Assembly: GCA_963677495.2 (NCBI GenBank)
Contig: CAXXOU010000001.1
Coordinates: 800,001 to 864,000 of the forward strand
Direction: 5' to 3'
From: Candidatus Cloacimonadales bacterium
Lineage (GTDB): Bacteria; Cloacimonadota; Cloacimonadia; Cloacimonadales; JAFGVF01
DNA: 64,000 bases
Below the pieces are notes generated by a model. The model had not been told where the DNA came from, did not search any database, and was given only the letters and a program-made list of their open reading frames with translations. The position numbers and the translations under genes were made by a program. The first letter of the stretch is position 1. Every line of letters begins with the position of its first letter. Shown in pieces: positions 48,412 to 57,471 of the stretch.

Positions 48412-51400
48412 ATGCAAAAAGTAGGAATTATTTGTATATTGTTGTTATGCTTGTCAGCGATGCTTACCGCTGATACAATCGCTATTAACAGCAATTCTGA
48501 TGACTTGGCTTTAATCAATTCATCTGCAACTGAAATCCAATTCAAATATGGATTTAATGGAATTGATATAACTAATCTTTCAAATGATGATAGGAATTTC
48601 AATCAGTTAATTATCCCTGAATCTATTATTGATGGTAAAATCGGGGAACCGGGATTACCTGTTAGAAAAAAACTTATTGAGATACCTTGGGGGGCAGATT
48701 ACTCAATAAAGATTACAAATTATAAAACAAGAAGAATCTCATTAGAAAATAGGAATAAAATATATCCTGTGCAACCCTCTATTGCTAAAAATGTGGATAT
48801 TGCCGATGTTCCTTTCGAAATGAATGAATCTTTGTATAGAACTGATGCTTTTACATCATCTGAACTCGTTTCTTTGCAGGAAGTTGGTGTTATGAGAGGT
48901 ATCAGAGTTGCCAGACTTGTAATCAATCCTGTGCAATACAATCCTGTCATGAATATGATAGAAGTAAAGTATGACATTGAATTCAGTATAGAGCTTTCCG
49001 GTAGCGATATGGCTTTAACAGAGTACAATAAAGATAAAGCTTACTCTCCATATTACGAAATCGTTTATAATCGTGTAAATAGGACTTATCCTGACCATGA
49101 CTACCCTTCGAATCCTGATATGAGAAGATACCCGATAAAGTATCTCATTGTTGCAAATAGAATGTTTGAGAACACACTGCAACAGTTTATTGAATGGAAA
49201 ACTAAGAAAGGGTTTGAAGTAATTGTAGGTTATACAGATACTATAGGTTCCTCATCATCAGCAATCAAAAGCTGGTTACAAGGACATTATGATGCAGGTA
49301 CACCTTCTGATCCTGCTCCTTCATTCGCTCTTATTGTTGGTGATGTTGCTCAGGTAACTAATTACGGTACCGGTTCAAGTTCTGCCAAAGGTACTGATCT
49401 TTATTACTACTGCTATGATGGTGGTAGTGATTATGTTCCTGATATGTACTACGGACGTTGGTCAGTTACTTCAACAACTGAGCTTCAGAACATCATTGAC
49501 AAGACACTATATTATGAGCAATATCAGTTTGCTACTCCATCTTATTTAGATAATGTAACACTTATTGCAGGTGTGGATGGTACATGGAACCCTAGAGTTG
49601 GACAAGCAACAATCCAATATGGTATGAATCAATATTTTAATTCAGCTCATGGATTTGCAAATGTTTACGACTATTTAACCTCATACTCAGGATGTTTCGA
49701 TACAATGGATAGTGGTGTTGGATTTATCAACTATACTGCTCATGGCTCAACAACCAGCTGGGCAGATCCATCTTTCAGTACTTCAGATATAAGTGGTATG
49801 ACAAACTCAGGAAAACCCACTTTTGCAATTGGTAACTGTTGCGTTACAGGTCAGTATACTGAAGTAGGAACCTGTTTTGCTGAACAATTCATCAGATCAG
49901 AAGACAAAGGTGCCTACGCATATATAGGCTCAGCTCCTAATACATACTGGTTCGAAGACTTCTACTGGTCAGTAGGTGCTTTCCCTATTTCAGGTACAAA
50001 TGACGGTTATGTACCATCTTATAGTGAAACTACCTGGGGTGCTTATGATGGTGCCTTTATGACTGATTATGTTACAACCGACGCTACAAAGTTCTTAGGA
50101 AATTTAGCAGTGACTGAAGTTCATGCACAGAACTTTGAAAATCACTCTAGTGATATCTATTACTGGCAAGCTTACATGACATTCGGTGACCCTTCTGTTG
50201 TACCATATTGGACACAGGGTACTACTAATAACTATACCACTAATCCATTTATACCTATTGGAGCTTCTACATTTACTGTTAACGCAGAAGCAGGCTCCTA
50301 TGTCGCTATTTCACAAAATGGAGTATTGCATGGTGCTGCTTTAGTCGGTTCAACAGGCACTGTAGATGTTCCAATCACTGCCTTCACAGGTACCGGAACA
50401 GCTGACCTTGTTATTACTAGACCACAGAGGCAACCTGTTATTACAACTTTACCTATTCAACCTCTGTCAGGTCCTTATGTCTCTATTGAAAGTGTTACAG
50501 TAAATGCCGGTGGTGATGATGTAATCTCTAATGGTGAAATTGTATACCTTACTTTACAGCTTGAGAATGTTGGTACTTCTACTTCAACATCGACTTATTT
50601 AACAGTAAGTGAATCTGATAGTTATATTACTTTGACTGACAATAATCAATCATTTGGTACTATTGCTTCAGGTGCAACAGCTAATGCTTCGAACTGCATA
50701 GCTTTCACAGTTTCATCCAGTTGTCCTAATGACCATCCAATTGTGCTTAATACAACAATCACCGGAAGTGGTGAAACTTGGGAAAGCACAATTAATTTAA
50801 CAGCTTATGCTCCTGAGATTAGCATTGAGTCTGTAACTGTTAATGATGGAGCAAACGGCAACCTTGATCCGAATGAAACTGCTAACTTAAATGTTACAGT
50901 CACTAATACAGGTGGTGCTATAGCTACAAACTTCAACTATACTTTATCAACAACATATGGCAATATCACTATCAATGATAACCAGGAGACAACATCAGTT
51001 GCTACAGGCAGTAGCTCTGTTCTTACTTTCCCAATCACAGTTAGCTCTGCTGCTCAAGTAGGTGATACTGCTACTTTTAATCTTGCTATGAGTGGAACAG
51101 GTTATGCTAACTCTGAAAACTTCTCATTAGCTATAGGCATTATTGCAGAGGACTTTGAAACAGGTGATTTCAATAGTTACTCATGGATGATGGGGGGTGA
51201 TGGTGACTGGACTATCGCAACCTCAGCATATGAGGGTACATATTCTGCTCAAAGCGGATCTATTGACCATTCAGAAACATCAGAACTTTCAATTGATATG
51301 GATGTAACATCTGCTGATGATATTACTTTCTATTATAGTGTCTCTTCGGAGTCCGGATACGACTATTTAAGATTCTATATTGATGGAGTAGAGCAAGGAG

Positions 51401-54400
51401 AATGGGCAGGTACAGTTGCCTGGACACAAGCTTCATATCCGGTTACAACCGGTAATCATACGTTCAAGTGGGCTTATGAGAAAGATGGTAGTGTATCTAA
51501 CAATTCTGACTGTGCTTGGATTGACTCTATTGTTTTCCCTCCATGTCAGATTGTAGTGCCGGAACCAAACATTAGCCTCTCCCCAACATCACTTGATTAT
51601 GGCAATGTAGCTGTTGGTGCTACAGCTGAAGACGTTTTCACTATTTCTAATACAGGAACCTCTACCCTATCCGGTTCTATCGTAACTCCATCAAGTTATT
51701 CAGTACAGGAAGTTACAAGCCGTTCAAAAGAACACCTGATAGCCAAAACTCGTAGAAATACTATCAATTATACAGTCGATGCCGGAGCAACTAAAGACTT
51801 TAGAGTTGTGTTTGCTCCAACTGCATTACTATGTTATAACTTCGATATTACAATAAACTCAAACGATTTAGATACACCTGTAACATTGCTTCCTGTTTCC
51901 GGTTGTGGTTCATCTATTGAAGCAAGTATCAACCCTACTTCAATGTCGGGAAATATGAACATTAATCAGACAGCCACAAGAAACATGACATTATCAAACA
52001 ATGGTAATATAGATATGACATATTCAGTTAGTCTCACTGATCCTGCTCGAACTACAGGCGGACCTGACACATTTGGTTATACATGGTCTGACAGTAATGA
52101 ATCAGGTGGTCCTGTCTTTAATTGGATTACTCCAAGCACTACAAATGAGATTACAAGTTTAGGTGATGATTCAGCCGGTACTGCTACACCAATAGGTTTC
52201 AACTTCCCATTCTACGGAACGGATTACAGTGATGTTTATGTTAACTCAAATGGTGTTATTACGTTTGGTGAAGGTTCAAGTTCATACTCTAACTCAACTT
52301 TACCTAATAGTAGTGCTCCAAACAACCTAATTGCCTGGTTCTGGGATGATATGAATCCCGCTGACAGTGATTTTACAGGACATATTTATTACCAAAATGG
52401 AACAGTGAATAGCACTAATGCATTTATCATCACTTTCCTAGATTATATGGAATATGGTGGTTCAGCAACACCTGGTGATTGCGTACAAGCACAGGTTATA
52501 TTGTTTGAAAACGGAAACATCAAGATTCAATATGACTATGTTGGTACTTCAATTGATTTGACCTCAGAGTCCATTGGTATTGAGAATGCTGATGGTACAG
52601 ACGGTTTACAAGTTGCTTACAACTCTGATGGTGTAACAATTACAGATGGTTATGCTGTTGAATTCAATATTGCAAGCTCAACTACTGAATGGATTACAAT
52701 TGCACCTCTTAGTGGTACTGTTTCAGGCGGTTCATCAGAAACATTGGTTGTTAACCTTGATACTACAGACCTGGAAGCCGGTGTATATGAAAAGAATATT
52801 GAGATTGCTACAAACGACCCGGATAATCCTGTTCTAACAGTTCCGGTTAGTATTAATGTTGGCATGTCTTCCGATCCGGGATTCTCAGTAGATGTTAACA
52901 ATCTGGACTTTGGTGATGTAATGGTAGGAAATACAGGTACAGAGGTAATAACTATCACTAATACAGGTGGTGCTACTCTTACCGGTGCAATCACTACCCC
53001 TTATGCTTACACAGTCAGTGTTCATAGCAGAGATAATGGAATACTTAGTAGTAAAGAAAAGGAAAGTATATTCCAAGCTTCAAAAACAATGAATCTTAGG
53101 AATAGCCTAAACTACTCAATAAATGCAGGACAGTCTCAATCATTTGATATTGATTTCACTCCTGTAAATCCAATTGTATATAATGGTAATATCACAATAT
53201 CATCTAATGATACTGACAATACATCAACTTATATACCTGTAACTGGTACAGGTGTTGTTGCTGACATTGATGTAACTCCTACTTCTGTTTCTGTTGAAAC
53301 ATCAGTTGAAACAACATTAGATAGAACTGTGCAGATATCCAATACAGGAAACTATGACCTAAATTATAGCGTAAGCTTAGAAGACCCAAGTCGTGGTTCA
53401 GGTGGACCTGATACTTACGGTTATTCATGGATTGACAGTAATGAAGCAGGTGGACCTTCATATAACTGGATCGATATTGCTTCAACAGGAACTGCTCTCA
53501 CATTAGGAGACGATGATTCAGAAGAGGTGACATTACCATTTACATTCAACTTCTATGGTAACGATTATAGTTCAATCTTTGTTGGTTCAAATGGTTTACT
53601 CAATTTTGGTTCAGGTTCTACAGTCTACTCTGATGTAGATATACCTAATACTAATGCTCCAAATAACATGATCTGCCCATTATGGGATGATTTGAAACCA
53701 ACCGGAGCTGAATGGGGTAATGTATATACTCAAGAGGTGAACGGTGAATTTGTAGTGCAATATGAAGCTGTATCACATTATAATGGTTCTACTGTTACTG
53801 ATCCTGTAACCTTTGAAGTTATTTTTAACTCAAATGGTTCTATTAAGTTCCAGTATGAATCTGTTGGAACAGAGACTGACCACCATATCGGAATAGAGAA
53901 TAGTGACGGTACTGATGGTCTACAGGTTGCATCAAGTGGATATGCTCAAGATGGTTTAGCTGTGCTTATCCAAAGTACAGTGTCAAACCCATGGATTAGC
54001 TGTTCCTCTACAGGTGGAACTCTTACCGGTGGTGCTTCTACAAATATAACTCTTACATTTGATTCTAATGGCTTAAGTCATGGAACATATAACAAGAACT
54101 TAGTTATTACAAGTAATGACCCTGATGAAGGTTCAATCGTTGTGCCTTGTACTTTAATTTATTCAACTTCTGCTGTACCAACTATCTCAATCAGTGAAAC
54201 TTCATTTGATTTCGGTGCTGTAGCAGTGGGTAGTAGTGCAAATGAAACAATCACAATAACCAACACAGGCGGAGGAACTTTAACAGGTTCAATCACCACT
54301 CCTTCAGGTTATAATGCTGCAATTGTTAGTAAACTAAGTCTTAGAAACTCATTAAACTTCAATCTCACAACCGGTGCCAGTGTGATGTATGATATTACAT

Positions 54401-55896
54401 TCACTCCAACAACTCAAAGCACTTATAATGGTAATATTGTTGTTACAAGTAATGACAGCTCTGCCCCATCTATTAATGTAGCTGTGACAGGTTCAGGTTA
54501 CTTGCCTGCTGATATAGATGTTAATCCCACAAGCTTCAGTTTCACTGCTGCACCTGATGTAACAGATTCTCAGACCCTTACAATTTCTAACATGGGTGGT
54601 CAGGACTTAACATACACAGTTGCACCGGAAGCAAGCTCTGGTGAACTTCTAAACGAATCATTCGATTCCGGTTTACCAACAAGCTGGACTGTTGATAATG
54701 GTGGCGATGCAAGCCACACTTGGAACAACATAACAGATTATAGTGGTGACTCGATAGATACTACAAACTTCATGTTCATCGATAGTGATGATGCTGGTTC
54801 AGGAGTAGCTTTTGATGATGCATTAGTTTCACCTGTTGTACCTTGTGCATCAGCTCAAAATCTTCTCCTTGAATTCGACCAATACTTCAGATTCTACAGT
54901 TCAGGTGGCGATGAAAAAGCAGATGTTGATGTCTGGGATGGCTCAGCTTGGCAAAACGTCCTTACTATGACTTCACAAACACATGGAAGTTGGACAGCTC
55001 CTGATCATCAGAATATTGATATTACAGCTTACGCAAACGCTGGTCTTCAGGTTAGATTCAGATACTATGATGCTGATTACGACTGGTTCTGGGCTGTTGA
55101 TAATGTTACTATTACAGCAACCGGTGGTTCATCAAGCTGGTTAACTGTTGATGCAAGTTCTTCTGTTTCAGGTACTGTTTTAGCAAATGGAAACGATCAG
55201 ATAGCTGTTCAGGTTAATACAGCTGGTTTAACTGAAGGAGATTACAGTAAAGATATTATTATCACAAGTAACGATCCTGATGAAAACACAATCACTGTTC
55301 CGGTGACTCTCACAGTAACAGGAGCACAGAATGACCCAAGCTGGGACGAGCAAGTTGTTGTATATCCAAACAACACTGCAACTATCTATTGCGAAGTAAA
55401 CATTGATGGTATTCCTGCTTCCACAGGCGATGAAATAGGTGCATTCGTGAATGGTGAGTGCAGAGGTTATGGTGAAATAACTCTTATTACCAGAGATAAT
55501 GCTTATGCAACTCTTCTCATTCAGGCATCAGGTCCAAGTGAGGTTGTTAACTTCCAAATCTACGATGCTTCAAATGATGAAGTTTATGATGTAGAGGATA
55601 CATGTGAGATTACACCTGGTGTTGTTATTGGTGATGCTGTAGAACCTGAAGTTCTTAATGCAGTTACTACTATCCCTTCACCACAAGATCTAGCAATCTC
55701 AATTAATGGTGACCAATTGACTCTTAGCTGGACTGCTATACCATCTGCTACCGGATACAATGTGTATGTATCTGATACAAATGATTTCACCGGTATCACA
55801 GCAATCCCTGTTGCTACTAATAGCTGGACAGGTTCATCAACAGACAGATATAAATTCTTTATGGTGACCGCTGTGAAAGGACAAGCAACAAGATAA
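48412..55896 (+). CDS. Giant Lys-gingipain (Kgp)-like peptidase C25 with repeated Ig-like and adhesin-like modules
   Basis: Signal peptide; GEPGLP prodomain; INYTAHGS...WADP, AIGNCC, GAYAYIGSAPNTYWFEDFYWSVGA; repeated SNDPD Ig modules and two GGPDTFGY..DS modules. Confidence 0.9.
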   Translation: MQKVGIICILLLCLSAMLTADTIAINSNSDDLALINSSATEIQFKYGFNGIDITNLSNDDRNFNQLIIPESIIDGKIGEPGLPVRKKLIEIPWGADYSIKITNYKTRRISLENRNKIYPVQPSIAKNVDIADVPFEMNESLYRTDAFTSSELVSLQEVGVMRGIRVARLVINPVQYNPVMNMIEVKYDIEFSIELSGSDMALTEYNKDKAYSPYYEIVYNRVNRTYPDHDYPSNPDMRRYPIKYLIVANRMFENTLQQFIEWKTKKGFEVIVGYTDTIGSSSSAIKSWLQGHYDAGTPSDPAPSFALIVGDVAQVTNYGTGSSSAKGTDLYYYCYDGGSDYVPDMYYGRWSVTSTTELQNIIDKTLYYEQYQFATPSYLDNVTLIAGVDGTWNPRVGQATIQYGMNQYFNSAHGFANVYDYLTSYSGCFDTMDSGVGFINYTAHGSTTSWADPSFSTSDISGMTNSGKPTFAIGNCCVTGQYTEVGTCFAEQFIRSEDKGAYAYIGSAPNTYWFEDFYWSVGAFPISGTNDGYVPSYSETTWGAYDGAFMTDYVTTDATKFLGNLAVTEVHAQNFENHSSDIYYWQAYMTFGDPSVVPYWTQGTTNNYTTNPFIPIGASTFTVNAEAGSYVAISQNGVLHGAALVGSTGTVDVPITAFTGTGTADLVITRPQRQPVITTLPIQPLSGPYVSIESVTVNAGGDDVISNGEIVYLTLQLENVGTSTSTSTYLTVSESDSYITLTDNNQSFGTIASGATANASNCIAFTVSSSCPNDHPIVLNTTITGSGETWESTINLTAYAPEISIESVTVNDGANGNLDPNETANLNVTVTNTGGAIATNFNYTLSTTYGNITINDNQETTSVATGSSSVLTFPITVSSAAQVGDTATFNLAMSGTGYANSENFSLAIGIIAEDFETGDFNSYSWMMGGDGDWTIATSAYEGTYSAQSGSIDHSETSELSIDMDVTSADDITFYYSVSSESGYDYLRFYIDGVEQGEWAGTVAWTQASYPVTTGNHTFKWAYEKDGSVSNNSDCAWIDSIVFPPCQIVVPEPNISLSPTSLDYGNVAVGATAEDVFTISNTGTSTLSGSIVTPSSYSVQEVTSRSKEHLIAKTRRNTINYTVDAGATKDFRVVFAPTALLCYNFDITINSNDLDTPVTLLPVSGCGSSIEASINPTSMSGNMNINQTATRNMTLSNNGNIDMTYSVSLTDPARTTGGPDTFGYTWSDSNESGGPVFNWITPSTTNEITSLGDDSAGTATPIGFNFPFYGTDYSDVYVNSNGVITFGEGSSSYSNSTLPNSSAPNNLIAWFWDDMNPADSDFTGHIYYQNGTVNSTNAFIITFLDYMEYGGSATPGDCVQAQVILFENGNIKIQYDYVGTSIDLTSESIGIENADGTDGLQVAYNSDGVTITDGYAVEFNIASSTTEWITIAPLSGTVSGGSSETLVVNLDTTDLEAGVYEKNIEIATNDPDNPVLTVPVSINVGMSSDPGFSVDVNNLDFGDVMVGNTGTEVITITNTGGATLTGAITTPYAYTVSVHSRDNGILSSKEKESIFQASKTMNLRNSLNYSINAGQSQSFDIDFTPVNPIVYNGNITISSNDTDNTSTYIPVTGTGVVADIDVTPTSVSVETSVETTLDRTVQISNTGNYDLNYSVSLEDPSRGSGGPDTYGYSWIDSNEAGGPSYNWIDIASTGTALTLGDDDSEEVTLPFTFNFYGNDYSSIFVGSNGLLNFGSGSTVYSDVDIPNTNAPNNMICPLWDDLKPTGAEWGNVYTQEVNGEFVVQYEAVSHYNGSTVTDPVTFEVIFNSNGSIKFQYESVGTETDHHIGIENSDGTDGLQVASSGYAQDGLAVLIQSTVSNPWISCSSTGGTLTGGASTNITLTFDSNGLSHGTYNKNLVITSNDPDEGSIVVPCTLIYSTSAVPTISISETSFDFGAVAVGSSANETITITNTGGGTLTGSITTPSGYNAAIVSKLSLRNSLNFNLTTGASVMYDITFTPTTQSTYNGNIVVTSNDSSAPSINVAVTGSGYLPADIDVNPTSFSFTAAPDVTDSQTLTISNMGGQDLTYTVAPEASSGELLNESFDSGLPTSWTVDNGGDASHTWNNITDYSGDSIDTTNFMFIDSDDAGSGVAFDDALVSPVVPCASAQNLLLEFDQYFRFYSSGGDEKADVDVWDGSAWQNVLTMTSQTHGSWTAPDHQNIDITAYANAGLQVRFRYYDADYDWFWAVDNVTITATGGSSSWLTVDASSSVSGTVLANGNDQIAVQVNTAGLTEGDYSKDIIITSNDPDENTITVPVTLTVTGAQNDPSWDEQVVVYPNNTATIYCEVNIDGIPASTGDEIGAFVNGECRGYGEITLITRDNAYATLLIQASGPSEVVNFQIYDASNDEVYDVEDTCEITPGVVIGDAVEPEVLNAVTTIPSPQDLAISINGDQLTLSWTAIPSATGYNVYVSDTNDFTGITAIPVATNSWTGSSTDRYKFFMVTAVKGQATR

Positions 55897-55915
55897 TAAT
55901 CAATAGATAATATAG

Positions 55916-55942
55916 AAGCCTGCCCTAACCGGCAGGCTTTTT
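55916..55942 (+). terminator. Intrinsic terminator
   Basis: aagcctgcc-ctaacc-ggcaggctt followed by T residues. Confidence 0.8.
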
Positions 55943-56137
55943 AATACTTAGTTTTTTCCCATATACTTCATAACTCTTATCCTAAGAGAACTGCTCTCTC
56001 ACAATTATAATCTATCTTGTATTTCTATCTCATCAGAAGCCAATCCAAATCCGATTCTCTGTAACGGGAAGCTAACGGGCATCTAACGGGAAGTCAATAG
56101 GTGTCTCATTGGAATTAAGGCAGAGCAATTACCCCAT

Positions 56138-56279
56138 CATTGCTCTATCATAATAACCATGACACTGATATCAGATTCCAATGAGTCTCTTGGGCCTCCC
56201 CGGGGCAAAATGATAAGAGAGTGACCAGAATAACTGCTGAAATCGACTCATGAAAATGCTTTATTATGATAGGGCATAG
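56138..56279. repeat. 142-bp inverted-repeat-bounded element, copy C
   Basis: cattgctctatcataata ... tattatgatagggcatag; GAGTCTCTTGGGC at 56183 (offset 46); preceded by TAACGGG units starting at 56061/56072/56083. Confidence 0.85.
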
Positions 56280-56298
56280 AGGGACGTTTCCACTTCTA

Positions 56299-56600
56299 AT
56301 TGTACCTTTCGAATGCTCTATTGACCTTCGAAATGGTAGTCTTGGACATTCCCCTCTTGTAGAGGGGTGCCGTTTTAACGGTGGGGTGTTTCTTCCTACG
56401 AAGTGCACCATTTGCAAGGTTTACAACCATTCCAAAGGTACAGATTGCAGATGGTATTTTCATTTTTTTGCTCTCTTACAATAGTTCTTCATTTCTTCCG
56501 AATAGCTTGAGAATCACATGTCCATAACTTGGGCATATCCTCAAGTGATGCTCAAGTGTTCCTCAAGGATTGCTTAGGTTGTTCACAAGATTTGCAATAG
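56299..56600 (+). repeat. Composite repeat (45-bp hairpin, REP-like palindrome, 11-bp CTCAAG array)
   Basis: Inverted copy of 47652-47931; CTCAAG-like units at 56540/51/62/73/84/95. Confidence 0.85.
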
Positions 56601-56687
56601 GACAAATACACTGAATAAGAGATGATTTCTTAGTTGCAATTAACATCATACCTATTTTATATACGATGCATAAAGATAAAAAAAGAT

Positions 56688-56716
56688 TTGACAACTTAAT
56701 TCTGTTATTGTAAATT
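56688..56716 (+). promoter_or_regulatory. Sigma-70-type promoter
   Basis: TTGACA-N17-TAAATT about 200 nt upstream of ATG 56920. Confidence 0.6.
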
Positions 56717-56919
56717 CTACCATGTTATTAATGATTCGATAAATATTGCTTATCCTGTTTAGAAATAGGCAATATTTATTGGGTAAAAGTGTTCATATTA
56801 ACCTTGTAGGTGGTTTTAATGAAACGCGTATCTATTGTAGCTTCTTTGGGAATAACAAACCTCCTTACAGGGCATCTGGGAAAAAATGCCTTTGGCATAA
56901 ATAAAAGTAGGAGGATATT

Positions 56920-57471
56920 ATGAAAATGCAAGTCACAAAAACAAGCATTGTTTTATTCATGCTTACAATCGTTATATCCCTATCAAGTATTGGGATAAGT
57001 CAAAGTGATGTAAACCTTACAGGTCTTCAATTGTTTAATAATGACCGGATAAGGAATACTATTGCTGTGCGTAAAGAACAGGGTGTCTGGAACATGTGGT
57101 CAACTTCTTTTGGTTTAGAACGAGAGGACATCACACCAACAAATGCTAAATCGGGAGAATACATCAAGTTTTGTTTAGATGTTAATGATGAACCTTTTCC
57201 GTCTGTAACGTTAATTGATCATTGTAGTTTCCCTATGAATTCAGCATTTGAAAGTGCTAATAACTTGGTGAACTCTGTTTCAGCATATACTACTGCTGAT
57301 TCATTAGCAATATTTTCTGATACAAGCTATTCTCAATTTGAAAAAAACGGTAGGTATTGGGGAGCTAGTGGTTGCTGGGCTAGTCCGGTTCTGGATAGTA
57401 CAAACGATTATGTTTATATAATCAACAAAAGTGGTATGCTTATGCAATTCGATAGTACAGCTGGTACATGA
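56920..57471 (+). CDS. N-terminal part (signal peptide plus first propeller blade) of a probably frameshifted secreted protein
   Basis: AGGAGG RBS, signal peptide, PQQ-like blade WASPVLD..DYVYIINKSG; ends in an ATGA overlap with the next ORF. Confidence 0.7.
   Translation: MKMQVTKTSIVLFMLTIVISLSSIGISQSDVNLTGLQLFNNDRIRNTIAVRKEQGVWNMWSTSFGLEREDITPTNAKSGEYIKFCLDVNDEPFPSVTLIDHCSFPMNSAFESANNLVNSVSAYTTADSLAIFSDTSYSQFEKNGRYWGASGCWASPVLDSTNDYVYIINKSGMLMQFDSTAGT

Noticed and set aside
57340..57348. A7 run as a phase-variation site for the split gene
   Set aside because: The first frame stays propeller-like past this run and the second frame has a stop at 57453, so the shift must be downstream
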